Positions 30,106-40,725 of a stretch of 64,000 nucleotides of DNA are shown in pieces (the stretch's first letter is position 1; each line of letters opens with the position of its first letter). The notes below the pieces were generated by a model. It had not been told where the DNA came from and did not search any database. It saw only the letters and a program-made list of their open reading frames with translations. Made by a program: the position numbers and the translations under genes. The stretch is from Clostridia bacterium (GTDB lineage: Bacteria > Bacillota > Clostridia > TANB77 > CAG-508), in contig JAZUKI010000010.1 in NCBI GenBank assembly GCA_045643205.1, positions 1 through 64,000 on the forward strand, read 5' to 3'.

Positions 30106-31670
30106 TGAAGAATTTTTTTAGATGGTTTAAAAATCATGCAAAAATGAAACGTTGGTTATTAGTAATTTTAGTAGCAATTGTAGTACTTTGCTATGGTGTA
30201 TCTGAATTACTAATAGTAAATAAAACTTTAGATACAAGCAAAATTATATGGATTGTAGCATCATTTATTGTTGGATTTGTTTTAATAATAATTTCAGTAG
30301 TAAAAATGAATAGTAGAATATTAGAAATTCTTGTTGAAGAAAGTGATACAAGAAAAGATTTAGATAACGTTAACTCATTAATTTTCAACAAAAAAGTATA
30401 TAATCAAGGACCTAAAATCGTTGTTATTGGCGGTGGTTCAGGATTAAATACTGTTTTAAGAGGATTAAAAAATTATACAGATAACATTACAGCTATAGTT
30501 ACTGTTTCTGATTATGGCGAGACACCAACAGATTCAAGAGAAGCATTAAAAGTTTTACCAATGGATGATATTAAACAATCATTAGCAGCTCTTGCTTATG
30601 ATGAAGCAACTATGGATGAACTTTTAAACACAAAATTTGAAGATGGCAAATTAAAGAACTTATCATTCGGCGATATTTATTTCTTAGCAATGGATCAAAT
30701 GTACAATAACTTTACAGAGTCAGTAAAATCATCAGGAAATGTACTAAATATTACTGGTAAAGTTTTACCTGTTACATTAGAGCCAATTAAAATTTGTGCT
30801 GAATTAGATGATGGAACTGTTATTGAAAACAGACAAAAAATTCCTGAAATAGTTGATAAAACAAAACATAAAATTACTAGAATTTATTTAAGCCCAACAA
30901 ATTGCCAACCAGCACCTGGTGTTATTGAAGCAATTAATGAAGCTGATGCCATAATTATTGGACCTGGTTCTTTATATACTAATGTTATTCCAAACCTTTT
31001 AGTTAAAGGAATTACAAGAGCTATAAAAGAATCAAAAGGTATTAAAGTTTATATAAGTAATATAATGACAGAACTTGGCCAAACAGATGAATACACATTA
31101 TCTGATCATATTAAAGCTATTCAAGATTACTTAGGATACGAATTAATTGATTATTGTATTTATGATACAGGTGAGATTATTCCTGAGTATATTCAAATGT
31201 ATAACCTTAAAGGTTCAGACATTGTTTTACCTGATACAAATAAGGCAAAAGCAATGGGTGTTAAACTAATTCAAAGAAACTTATCAATGATTGATGATGA
31301 TAACATTAGACATGATCCAGATGTTATAGCATCAACAATTATTCAATTAGTTTGCGATGAACTTGAATTTAACGATATGGAAAACGATTCACAATACATG
31401 ATGTTAAATAATAGATTACAAGAAACAAAACGTGAAAAGAAAAGAAGAGAAAAACAAGATAAAAAATTCCAAAAATCTGGAAAGAAAGTTTTTGAAAGAA
31501 GAGAAGCAGACAGTAAATTTAAATCAAAATATAAAGACAGAATTGGCTCAATAGAAGAAAGTCAAAAGAAAGCAGAAAGAAAAATTAGTAAACAAAAAGA
31601 AGAAATTAAAACAGAAAATAGTGTAAAAGAAAATCTAAGAAAATTAACAGATGATTCAAAAGAAGATTAA
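30105..31670 (+). CDS. YvcK/GlmR (CofD-like UDP-GlcNAc-binding) protein with N-terminal TM helices
   Basis: KIVVIGGGSGL, GPGSLYTNVIPNLLV, RHD. Confidence 0.85.
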   Translation: MKNFFRWFKNHAKMKRWLLVILVAIVVLCYGVSELLIVNKTLDTSKIIWIVASFIVGFVLIIISVVKMNSRILEILVEESDTRKDLDNVNSLIFNKKVYNQGPKIVVIGGGSGLNTVLRGLKNYTDNITAIVTVSDYGETPTDSREALKVLPMDDIKQSLAALAYDEATMDELLNTKFEDGKLKNLSFGDIYFLAMDQMYNNFTESVKSSGNVLNITGKVLPVTLEPIKICAELDDGTVIENRQKIPEIVDKTKHKITRIYLSPTNCQPAPGVIEAINEADAIIIGPGSLYTNVIPNLLVKGITRAIKESKGIKVYISNIMTELGQTDEYTLSDHIKAIQDYLGYELIDYCIYDTGEIIPEYIQMYNLKGSDIVLPDTNKAKAMGVKLIQRNLSMIDDDNIRHDPDVIASTIIQLVCDELEFNDMENDSQYMMLNNRLQETKREKKRREKQDKKFQKSGKKVFERREADSKFKSKYKDRIGSIEESQKKAERKISKQKEEIKTENSVKENLRKLTDDSKED

Positions 31671-31703
31671 GATTTTCTAATCTAATTGATTAGAGGAGAT
31701 TTT

Positions 31704-33857
31704 ATGAGAGAATGGCTTATTACTAATGGAATAGGCGGATTTGCAGCATCTACAGATAAAGGCGGGATGAATACAAGAAGGTACCATGGTCTTTTAATTG
31801 CTGCTTTACAGCCACCACATTTGAGAACAATGATCTTATCAAAAGTAGATGAGAGCATTGAGATCAATGGCAAAAAATACCAATTATTCACAAATGATTC
31901 AAATGGTACTTTGTCAAAAGGTTATAAATATCAAAAAGAGTTTCAAAAAGAAATACTTCCAATTTATACATATATGGTTGATGGAGTTATAATTCAAAAA
32001 ACTATTTCTATGATATACGGAAAAAATACTGTAGTGGTTGTATATAAAATTGCAAACAAAAAAGCAAATACAAAATTAGAATTAACACCTTTAGTAAATT
32101 TTAGAGATTTTCATTCAGATAATCAGTCATCACAATTTGATTATGGGCAGGATGCAAGAGAAGATAAAACTCAAGTAATTTATAATAATGGTTATAGATT
32201 AAATTTATATGTTTCAAATAGTAAATTTATAAAACATAATAACGATATGTTCTATCGTATGCATTATCAAATTGAAGAAGAAAGAGGTTTTACAGCTACT
32301 GAAAATCATATGATTCCAGGAACTTTCGAAGTGAATATTAAACCAAATGCAGATGTAGTAATTACATTTGTTGCAGGATTAGAAAGTGGAAGATTTGGAA
32401 CTGACTTTGAACAAATACAGAAAATAGATGGAAGTAAAGTTATCTCTGAAGAAGTTAATAGAGTAAAAGAATTAATTAAAGATTCAAAATTATTAAAAGA
32501 AAAAAATATTCATGAACAAGTAAATGCATTATATTTAGAAGGCTCTGAAAATAGTGTTTATGATGAACATGACGAAGTATATAAAGAACTTGTTAGAAAA
32601 TATATTATAGCAAGTGATAACTTCATTATAAAAAGAGATTCAAATAATTTGTATTCATTAATAGCTGGGTACCCTTGGTTTTTAGATTGGGGAAGAGATG
32701 CATTTATTGCATTTGAAGGATTATTATTAATCTCAAAAAGATATGATGTTGCAAAAGAAGTTTTGTTAAATTTTGCTAATAGCATACAAGAAGGCATAAT
32801 ACCAAATGGATTTGATGAATACACAGATAATCCATTATATAATAGCGTTGATGCATCACTTTTGTTCATTAATGCAGTACAAAAATATTTAGATTATACA
32901 GGTGATTATAAGTTTGTAATGAATGAACTTTTTAAGTATATGAAAGATATTATTGATTACTATGTTGATGGAACAAATTTTTCAGAAAATAATATTTATC
33001 TTGATAGAAATGATTATTTACTTGTTTCTGGAACTCCATATATACAAAATACATGGATGGATGCAAAAGTAGAAAATAGAGTTATAACACCTAGAAATGG
33101 TAAGGCAGTTGAGATAAATGCACTTTGGTACAATGCTTTAAGAATTATGGAAGATTTAGTAGCAAAAAACTGGAAAAAACCAATTTCAAAATTGGAGTAT
33201 GGTTTCTTAGCAAGAAAATGCAAAGAAAATTTTGTACAAAAATTTTATAATAAAAATAAAAAATGTTTATATGATGTTATTTTAGTTGATAAAGAAAAAA
33301 CAAAAGATGAATTTATAAAATCAATAGAGCAAAGCGCAGAAGAGCAGTTAGAATCAATTGCAAAAGATAGAAAAGATGACAAGATAAGACCTAATCAATT
33401 ATTTGCATTATCACTTAAATATCCTGTACTTGATTTAGAACAAGATGAAGCGAAAAATGTATTTATTACTGTAACAGGAAAATTATTAAATAAATTTGGA
33501 TTAAAAACTTTAGCTGAAGGTGAAGAAGGATATACAGCAATTTATAAAGGCGGACCAGTTGAAAGAGATGAAGCTTATCATCAAGGAATCACGTGGCCTT
33601 GGCTACTTGGACTATACTATGATGCATTAAAAAATTTAATAAATGCAAATGATGAATTAACACAACAAGAATTAAGTAGATCATTAATTCAGTTTAGAAC
33701 AAATGTAGCAAACACATTTTTAAATGAAATGCTTAACGGAAACACAATAGATAATATATCTGAAATTTATGATTCTGAAAATCCTAAATGTGGAAAAGGA
33801 TGTTTTGCACAGGCTTGGAGTATATCAGAAGTATTTAGAATTATTTTTGGAAAATAA
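31704..33857 (+). CDS. Amylo-alpha-1,6-glucosidase (glycogen debranching family)
   Basis: EWLITNGIGG, RRYHGLL, AGYPWF.DWGRD, TWMDA, RPNQ, AQAWS. Confidence 0.9.
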   Translation: MREWLITNGIGGFAASTDKGGMNTRRYHGLLIAALQPPHLRTMILSKVDESIEINGKKYQLFTNDSNGTLSKGYKYQKEFQKEILPIYTYMVDGVIIQKTISMIYGKNTVVVVYKIANKKANTKLELTPLVNFRDFHSDNQSSQFDYGQDAREDKTQVIYNNGYRLNLYVSNSKFIKHNNDMFYRMHYQIEEERGFTATENHMIPGTFEVNIKPNADVVITFVAGLESGRFGTDFEQIQKIDGSKVISEEVNRVKELIKDSKLLKEKNIHEQVNALYLEGSENSVYDEHDEVYKELVRKYIIASDNFIIKRDSNNLYSLIAGYPWFLDWGRDAFIAFEGLLLISKRYDVAKEVLLNFANSIQEGIIPNGFDEYTDNPLYNSVDASLLFINAVQKYLDYTGDYKFVMNELFKYMKDIIDYYVDGTNFSENNIYLDRNDYLLVSGTPYIQNTWMDAKVENRVITPRNGKAVEINALWYNALRIMEDLVAKNWKKPISKLEYGFLARKCKENFVQKFYNKNKKCLYDVILVDKEKTKDEFIKSIEQSAEEQLESIAKDRKDDKIRPNQLFALSLKYPVLDLEQDEAKNVFITVTGKLLNKFGLKTLAEGEEGYTAIYKGGPVERDEAYHQGITWPWLLGLYYDALKNLINANDELTQQELSRSLIQFRTNVANTFLNEMLNGNTIDNISEIYDSENPKCGKGCFAQAWSISEVFRIIFGK

Positions 33858-33884
33858 AAGTTTGAAAAATAGAAGGAGGTTAAA

Positions 33885-34814
33885 ATGGTTTATTTAATTT
33901 ATGGAACTGATAATTTTTTAAAAGATCAATACTTAAAAAAATTAAAGAAATCATTTGGTGACCTTCAGTTGGGAATAAACTTTATTCAAGTTGATGACAG
34001 CAATGTAGACAAGATAATATCTGACATTGAAACTCCAGCTTTTGGATTCGAAAAGAAAATAATATTTGCTAAAAATTGTGGACTATTTACTAAAAAAAAT
34101 TATTTAGCCGAATCAATTGCAGAATATATAAGTGAACATGACATTAGTGATGTTGAACTAGTTTTTGTTGAAGATAATGTTGATAAAAACAAATTATATA
34201 CTGCGATTGAAGCAATGGGTGAAATCAAAGAATTTAAAGAACTTACTCCAATGCAATTAATAAAAGAAATTGTACGAATTGGAAAAGGATATAATGTAGA
34301 TATTCCAGAAAATGTTGCACAATATATAGTTGAATGTTGTGGAACAAATATGCAAGATATTATAAATGAAATTCGTAAACTTATAGAATATGCAGGAACT
34401 AATGGAACTGTAAAAAAAGAAGATGTTGATGCTTTAGTAATTAAAAAAAGTGAAAGCGCAATTTTTGATTTAACTGATCAACTAGGAAAAAGAAATATAA
34501 GTGACGCAATTGAGACCTTACATAATTTAGAATATTATAGGGAACCAACACAAATGATTTTAATAATGTTGTATAGACATTTTAAAAAGCTATATTTATA
34601 TAAATTATGTGAAGGAAAAAATGTAATAGAAATATTAAAATTAAAGCCAAATCAATCATTTTTAGTAAGAAAATATGGACAGCAAGCAAACTATTTTAAA
34701 TTAGAAGAATTAGAAGAAATAATAGAAAAATTAATAGACTTAGATGAAAATTCTAAAAATGGAAATATAGATTTAGATATAGGTTTAGAATCAATATTAT
34801 GTAGATATTGTTAA
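33885..34814 (+). CDS. holA: DNA polymerase III subunit delta
   Basis: YLIYG, NEIRKL..Y, IFDLTD, overall size. Confidence 0.8.
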   Translation: MVYLIYGTDNFLKDQYLKKLKKSFGDLQLGINFIQVDDSNVDKIISDIETPAFGFEKKIIFAKNCGLFTKKNYLAESIAEYISEHDISDVELVFVEDNVDKNKLYTAIEAMGEIKEFKELTPMQLIKEIVRIGKGYNVDIPENVAQYIVECCGTNMQDIINEIRKLIEYAGTNGTVKKEDVDALVIKKSESAIFDLTDQLGKRNISDAIETLHNLEYYREPTQMILIMLYRHFKKLYLYKLCEGKNVIEILKLKPNQSFLVRKYGQQANYFKLEELEEIIEKLIDLDENSKNGNIDLDIGLESILCRYC

Positions 34815-34847
34815 AAAAGTGAAGAGATTTTTTCTCTTCACTTTTTT
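34814..34847 (+). terminator. Intrinsic terminator after holA
   Basis: aaaaaagtgaagag/ctcttcactttttt. Confidence 0.75.
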
Positions 34848-34850
34848 GCT

Positions 34851-34964
34851 GATTTATTGTTTATGATTTATTGATTGTTATTTGTTATTTATTTATTGTT
34901 TGTTTGTTGTTTATTGTTTGCTGTTTATTGTTTATTGTTTATTGTTTATTGTTTGTTTGCTTGC
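34851..34964. repeat. Degenerate (TTTATTG)n / (TTTG)n microsatellite
   Basis: Directly visible tandem 7-mer and 4-mer units. Confidence 0.8.
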
Positions 34965-35000
34965 TATTATGTGCAGTTACCAAATACAAGAAAGAACATA

Positions 35001-35028
35001 AAAAAAACTAGTCTTGCGACTAGTTTTT
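35001..35028 (-). terminator. Terminator of tRNA-Gly
   Basis: aaaactagtc/gactagtttt hairpin. Confidence 0.7.
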
Positions 35029-35032
35029 AATT

Positions 35033-35106
35033 TGGAGCAGGTAACGGGAATCGAACCCGTATGTTCAGCTTGGAGGGCTGACATTCTACCATTGAACTAC
35101 ACCTGC
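35033..35106 (-). tRNA. tRNA-Gly(TCC)
   Basis: gcaggtgtagttcaatggtaga...tcagc-ccTCCaa-gctga...ttcgatt...tcca on the reverse strand. Confidence 0.9.
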
Positions 35107-35219
35107 ACTTGCGATGACAATGGTAATTGTACACTTTTTTTTTGCCGTTGTCAAGTAATGTATCTATTTTATTTACAGATTTTTAAAATAATTGTATAAT
35201 TTAGAACATAGAGGTGTTT

Positions 35220-36092
35220 ATGAAAAAATTATCAGTTGAGTATGAAGACTCAGGAAAAAAATTAACTACATTTTTAACTGCTAAATATCCAAAGCTAAAT
35301 GTTAATTCTGTTTATAAAGCATTAAGAAAGAAAGATATTAAATTAAATGGTAAACGTATAAATGACAATGTAGAATTAACATATGGCGATGAACTTGAAA
35401 TTTATATAGTAGATAGCGAATTTGAAGGAACAAAAAAAGATTTTAGCATACCAAAAGTATATGAAGATGAAAATATTCTTATTGTAAATAAGCCTCAAGA
35501 TATTGAGGTAGAAGGCGAAAATTCAATAACATATTATTTGAAAAAACAATATACATATATTGAGCCTTGCCATAGAATAGATAGAAACACAATTGGATTG
35601 GTAATATTTGCTAAAAACGAAGAAACATTAAATACAATAATTGAAATGTTCAAGAATCAATCAATTGAAAAACATTATATTGCATGTTGCTATGGTATAC
35701 CTAAATCAAATGCAACAATAAATGGTTATTTATTCAAAGATAGAAAAAAATCTTTAGTATTTATTTCAAAAGAACCTAAAAAAGGATATACCAAAATTAC
35801 TACATCTTATAAATTAATAAAAGAAAATAAAGAAAAAAACATTTCTTTATTAGATGTTACTTTACATACAGGCAAAACACATCAAATTAGAGCACATTTA
35901 GCATTTGCAGGACTTCCACTATTAGGAGATGGAAAATACGGATCTTATGAAATAAATAAAAGATTCAAAATATATAAACAAGCATTATGCAGTTACAGCA
36001 TAACATTTAATGTTAATGAAGGAAAATTATTATATCTAAACGAAACAACAATAAAGTTAAAACAAATACCATTTGAAGATATTGTTGATTAA
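35220..36092 (+). CDS. RluA/RluD family pseudouridine synthase
   Basis: S4 domain, HRIDRNT, TGKTHQIRAH, GDGKYG. Confidence 0.9.
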   Translation: MKKLSVEYEDSGKKLTTFLTAKYPKLNVNSVYKALRKKDIKLNGKRINDNVELTYGDELEIYIVDSEFEGTKKDFSIPKVYEDENILIVNKPQDIEVEGENSITYYLKKQYTYIEPCHRIDRNTIGLVIFAKNEETLNTIIEMFKNQSIEKHYIACCYGIPKSNATINGYLFKDRKKSLVFISKEPKKGYTKITTSYKLIKENKEKNISLLDVTLHTGKTHQIRAHLAFAGLPLLGDGKYGSYEINKRFKIYKQALCSYSITFNVNEGKLLYLNETTIKLKQIPFEDIVD

Positions 36093-36166
36093 TTAAAGAT
36101 ATTATTAATTAAAGATATTATTAATTGAAGATATTATTAATTAATTGAAGATATTATTAATTAATT
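36075..36166 (+). repeat. Five tandem 16/20-bp units (raagatattattaatt[aatt]) derived from the gene's 3' end
   Basis: Directly visible; the first unit contains the stop codon of the RluA-family gene. Confidence 0.8.
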
Positions 36167-36172
36167 TTAGAT

Positions 36173-36973
36173 ATGATTATTGGTGAAGAAAAAGTGTCTA
36201 GTTTTTTATTTAAACTAATAGGTATAATTTGTATGACAATTGATCACAGCAGAGTATTGGTTTTTAATACTCCTGAATTTGCTTGGATGGATGCGATAGG
36301 AAGATTAGCATTTCCTATTTTTGCATTTCAAATAGTTGTTGGTTACAAAAAAACACATAATCTAAAAAAATATTTATTGCGATTGTTATTATTTGCAATA
36401 ATATCCGAAATTCCATATAAATGGATGACATGGTTAGTAACAAAAGATTTTAATATAACAATGCAATATTGGAATGTGTATTGGACATTTGTACTAGGAC
36501 TTATATCTTTAATAGTACTGAATGATGAAAAACTAAAAGGTATATATAAAGGATTTATAGTAGTAGGAATAAGCATTTTATTTTCAATTTGTTACGTGGA
36601 TTATGCTTTTTATGGAATCGCAATTATGATTGCATACTATTATTTATTTCCATTTAAAACTAATGATAAAAAAGATATAGATAAGGTAGGAACAAAAGAC
36701 ACAAAGAGACTAACTATAATAAAAGGAATAATTTTAGTTGTTGAATTAGCTATATTATCTACAATATTTGCTGCATTTATAAATATTAGAACAGGAGCAT
36801 TTTTACCATTTGTAAATATGTTACCATATGCAACATATACATTTATAGGAAGTTTAATTCCGTTTTTATCAAATGGAAAAAAAGGATTATCAAACAAATT
36901 TATTAAATGGATGTTTTATATTTATTATCCATTGCACATAACAGTATTATGTTTAATTTGTTTTTTTAAATAA
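36173..36973 (+). CDS. TraX family membrane protein
   Basis: KLIGII.MTIDH, GRLAFPIFAF, FAIISEIP, FYIYYPLH. Confidence 0.8.
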   Translation: MIIGEEKVSSFLFKLIGIICMTIDHSRVLVFNTPEFAWMDAIGRLAFPIFAFQIVVGYKKTHNLKKYLLRLLLFAIISEIPYKWMTWLVTKDFNITMQYWNVYWTFVLGLISLIVLNDEKLKGIYKGFIVVGISILFSICYVDYAFYGIAIMIAYYYLFPFKTNDKKDIDKVGTKDTKRLTIIKGIILVVELAILSTIFAAFINIRTGAFLPFVNMLPYATYTFIGSLIPFLSNGKKGLSNKFIKWMFYIYYPLHITVLCLICFFK

Positions 36974-36991
36974 AAGTTAAAGGAATAAGAT

Positions 36992-37294
36992 ATGGAATTT
37001 TTAATGAATTTTTTACAAGTTAAAGTACTACTAATTTATTTGTTAGTTATGAATGTTGTAAGTTTTCTTTTGATGTGGTACGATAAACATGAAGCTCAAA
37101 CAAACCAATGGAGAGTAAGTGAAAAGGCATTATTTTTATTTACAATTTTCGGAGGAAGCATTGGCGGAATTGCTGGAATGCAAATATTTAGGCATAAAAC
37201 AAAAAAATGGTATTTTAAAATTGGATTTCCAGTAATATTAATAATCCAAATAGGATTAATTATTTGGGCTGGAGTAAACGGATATATAAAATAA
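36992..37294 (+). CDS. DUF1294 family membrane protein
   Basis: DK..A....WRVSEK.L...GG..G...M..FRHKT.K. Confidence 0.85.
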   Translation: MEFLMNFLQVKVLLIYLLVMNVVSFLLMWYDKHEAQTNQWRVSEKALFLFTIFGGSIGGIAGMQIFRHKTKKWYFKIGFPVILIIQIGLIIWAGVNGYIK

Positions 37295-37317
37295 AATGAA
37301 AAAAGCAAAGGAATAAA

Positions 37318-38079
37318 ATGAATAGATTTAATAAGTTATTAACAGTAATATTAATAATTGTTAGCATTGGAGCATTAGTTGCTTTTGGCTTTTTTATTTT
37401 TGATATAGTAAAAGATAAAAAAGAAGAAGGCGAAATAAAAGATTTAGAAAATCAATTTTTTAATAAGATTGCCAATGAAAATTATATAAGCAATGCAATT
37501 GATGTTAATTTATCAAATCAAGTTGCAGAAAATAATATAATACAAAATGTACCAGCAGTTACTAATCAAATAGTAAGTAACACAACAAGTGGAGGCAACG
37601 GGGGAAACAGTGGAAACAATGGAAATGGCGGAAACAATAATACAAATCAAAATAATGCAATTCCATTAAAATATAAAGGATACAATGTAATTGGATGGAT
37701 TAACATTCCAAAAACAAATGCTAGTTATCCAATTCTTGAAAAATCATCATTATCATCAATGGATGTTTCAGTAGGTTGGGTATATGGACCAACAGAAAAA
37801 CCAGAAGTTAATGTCATGGGAAATACAGTTATTTATGGTCATAATTATCACAATGGAAGATTTTTTTCTAACAATAAAAACTTAAATAATGGAGATGTGA
37901 TTTACATTACAGGACTTAATGGCGAAAAAGTTAAATATGTTATTTATAACAAATATGAAACTACATCATTAGACTTTGATTATGCTATTAGAAAGACTGG
38001 AAATAAAAGAGAGATATCTCTTGCAACATGTACAGATGATGGAGTATCAAGACTTATTATATGGGCAAAAGAAGAATAG
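37318..38079 (+). CDS. Sortase family protein
   Basis: N-terminal TM, N.VIYGHN, LATC...R catalytic pattern. Confidence 0.8.
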   Translation: MNRFNKLLTVILIIVSIGALVAFGFFIFDIVKDKKEEGEIKDLENQFFNKIANENYISNAIDVNLSNQVAENNIIQNVPAVTNQIVSNTTSGGNGGNSGNNGNGGNNNTNQNNAIPLKYKGYNVIGWINIPKTNASYPILEKSSLSSMDVSVGWVYGPTEKPEVNVMGNTVIYGHNYHNGRFFSNNKNLNNGDVIYITGLNGEKVKYVIYNKYETTSLDFDYAIRKTGNKREISLATCTDDGVSRLIIWAKEE

Positions 38080-38094
38080 AAACGGAGACTTTAA

Positions 38095-38577
38095 ATGCGT
38101 AAACCAGATGCACAATTTAATAAAGTAACAGATATTAGTCCACAATTTTTTATTGATAATAACTTAAAAGGTGTAATACTAGATATAGATAATACTTTAA
38201 TTGGATTAGATGGTAAAATATTAGAAAATGTTTTTGAATGGTTAAAATCTTTAAAAGATGCCAATATAAAATTATGTATAGCATCTAATAGTAAAAACAA
38301 AAAGAAAGTATCTTCATTTGCAAATAAAGCAGACATACCATATTTCTTGTTTTCATGTAAACCTTTAAAACGTGGATTAAAGAAAGCATTAAATAAATTA
38401 GAGATGAAACCTGAAAATGTCGCTGAAATTGGTGATCAATTATTCACAGATGTTTGGGGAGCAAAGCGAATGAAAATGTTTTCAATACTAACGAAACCAT
38501 TCACACCAGAAAAAAACTTTGTTACTAGATTCAAAAGAAAAATAGAACAACATTATTTAGACAAGATTACTAAATAA
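38095..38577 (+). CDS. YqeG family HAD IIIA phosphatase
   Basis: DIDNTL, SN, KP, IGDQLFTDVWGA. Confidence 0.88.
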   Translation: MRKPDAQFNKVTDISPQFFIDNNLKGVILDIDNTLIGLDGKILENVFEWLKSLKDANIKLCIASNSKNKKKVSSFANKADIPYFLFSCKPLKRGLKKALNKLEMKPENVAEIGDQLFTDVWGAKRMKMFSILTKPFTPEKNFVTRFKRKIEQHYLDKITK

Positions 38578-38590
38578 TAGAGGAGAAAAT

Positions 38591-39325
38591 ATGTATATAA
38601 ATGATATAAGTATATTATATTATTTTTTGGTAGGTGTTGCAGGAATGCTTATTGGTCAGTTTTTAGATTGGTCAATAATTAGACTAAAAGATAATAAAAG
38701 AATTCTTTGTCGTCAATTTTTTAATAACTATCTGCCCAATATGCAATTGAATAATAAGTTAGTATATTCAATGGCAATTATAAATATAATTCTTTTATAT
38801 TTTGGCGGATTAAATTTGCAAACACTTGAATACTTGCTATTAGCACCAATATTGGTTTTAGTATTTGTTATAGATTATAAAGATAAAATTATTCCAAATA
38901 GATTGGTGTTAACAATATTTGAAATAGGAATAATTTTTACAATCATATATGGATACACAGACTTTAATGTAGCTATTAACAATATTATTGGATTTATTGT
39001 TGGAGGAGCAATTTTTGCAATAATAACATTAGTTGGAACACTCATTACAAACAAAGAAGCAATGGGATTTGGTGATGTAAAATTAGTTGCTGCACTTGGA
39101 TTAGTTATGGGATTCCCCAAAATACTAATAATAGCAGTAACATCATTTTTAATTGGTGCAGTTGTTAGTATTATTTTATTAATTCTAAAGAAAAAGAAAA
39201 CAAAAGATGTAATACCATTTGGACCATTTATTGTAATTTCAACAATAGTTGTTATGTTTATACCAACAAACATCTTATTGCTTGCACTACTAAATATTTT
39301 TACATTAGGAATGTATCATGCATAA
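38591..39325 (+). CDS. A24 family prepilin peptidase
   Basis: ID....IIPN, MGFGDVKL, IPFGPF; multiple TM helices. Confidence 0.85.
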   Translation: MYINDISILYYFLVGVAGMLIGQFLDWSIIRLKDNKRILCRQFFNNYLPNMQLNNKLVYSMAIINIILLYFGGLNLQTLEYLLLAPILVLVFVIDYKDKIIPNRLVLTIFEIGIIFTIIYGYTDFNVAINNIIGFIVGGAIFAIITLVGTLITNKEAMGFGDVKLVAALGLVMGFPKILIIAVTSFLIGAVVSIILLILKKKKTKDVIPFGPFIVISTIVVMFIPTNILLLALLNIFTLGMYHA

Positions 39326-39342
39326 TTTCTAAAGGGGGAAAC

Positions 39343-40404
39343 ATGAGTAATAGAATTGTAGAACTTAAAGCAAAGTTAAATCAATCTAATATTGATGGAA
39401 TGATAGTTACAAATCCAGTAAGTATCCGTTACTTAACAGGATTAACAGCAGAGGGAACTTTACTAATTACTAAACAAGAAAATGTTTTTATTACCGATGG
39501 AAGATATATTGAAGAAGTTAATAGCTTATTAACTATTAATGATGGAATTACTTGCTATGATTATAGTGATTTGACAGAGGAGGATGATTTAAATTTCTTC
39601 ACTGACTGTGATAAAGTTGGCTTTGAAGAAAAATATGTTACATATGTAGACTACTCAAGATTTTTAGTTAAATATAGAATTAAAGAATTAGTAGAAGCTA
39701 GTAAATTTATAGAAAAACAAAGAATGATAAAAGATGAAAATGAAATAGCATGTATTGAAAAAGCATGCAACATAACAGACAGTTGCTTTTTACATTTACT
39801 AGATTTTATAAAAGTGGGAATGACAGAAAAAGAAATAGTCGCAGAGATTGTTTATTTCTTTTTAAAAAATGGAGCAGATGGAGAAGCTTTTGAAACAATA
39901 GTTGCATCAGGACCAAATTCTTCAAAACCTCATGCAATACCAACTGATAGAAAAATATTACCAGGTGATCCAATTTTAATTGATTTTGGAGCAAAATATA
40001 AAGGCTATTGTGCAGATATGACAAGAACAATATTTGCAGGTCAACCAAGTGAAGAAGATGCTAAACTTTATGAATTTTTATTAGCTGTTCAAAAGAGAGC
40101 AGAATTAAAAATAAAAGATGGAGCATCAGGAATGGAAATAGCAAAAGGTGTTGAAACAGAATTACAAATTAGAGGATATGATTTGATTCATGGACTTGGA
40201 CATAGCGTAGGAATTGAAATTCATGAGAAGCCAGTTTTAAGCCATAAAGTAAATTGGGATTTACAAGAAAATAATGTTGTAACATGCGAACCAGGAATTT
40301 ATATTCCAGGAAAAATTGGAATTAGAATTGAAGACACAGTATTAGTAAAAAAATTAGAATCTAGATCATTAACAAAGTCAAATAAAAATTTATTAACAAT
40401 ATAA
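39343..40404 (+). CDS. Xaa-Pro aminopeptidase (M24 family)
   Basis: DFGA...GYCADMTRT, HGLGHSVG.EIHE, EPGIY, RIED. Confidence 0.9.
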   Translation: MSNRIVELKAKLNQSNIDGMIVTNPVSIRYLTGLTAEGTLLITKQENVFITDGRYIEEVNSLLTINDGITCYDYSDLTEEDDLNFFTDCDKVGFEEKYVTYVDYSRFLVKYRIKELVEASKFIEKQRMIKDENEIACIEKACNITDSCFLHLLDFIKVGMTEKEIVAEIVYFFLKNGADGEAFETIVASGPNSSKPHAIPTDRKILPGDPILIDFGAKYKGYCADMTRTIFAGQPSEEDAKLYEFLLAVQKRAELKIKDGASGMEIAKGVETELQIRGYDLIHGLGHSVGIEIHEKPVLSHKVNWDLQENNVVTCEPGIYIPGKIGIRIEDTVLVKKLESRSLTKSNKNLLTI

Positions 40405-40527
40405 TAAAATATTATAAATAATGAAAAAAATATTATTAACAAAAAGTATTATTATAAGAATAAAAATATTATCAACAACATAGCAAAATATGGAAAAACA
40501 TAACAATAAATTGTAAACTAAAACGGG

Positions 40528-40558
40528 AAAAGTGCAACCAAATTTCGGTTGCACTTTT
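40528..40558 (+). terminator. Intrinsic terminator
   Basis: aaaagtgcaacc/ggttgcactttt. Confidence 0.75.
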
Positions 40559-40725
40559 ATTATGTAAATTTAATATTGCACTAATATTTCAACTATTTTT
40601 CAAAAACCTTTCATTTTGTTAAGTTTCCTTGATTTTAATTGAAAATACTAAGTTTTATTGATATGATTATAATTGCAATATGATAAAAACGATATTTGTT
40701 TTTACATGGAAAGGATCTCGTATAA

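Noticed and set aside
35014-35199. 61-aa ORF in the track
   Set aside because: Overlaps tRNA-Gly on the opposite strand; spurious
36075-36166. Possible CRISPR array
   Set aside because: Units are directly adjacent with no unique spacers, and no cas genes are present
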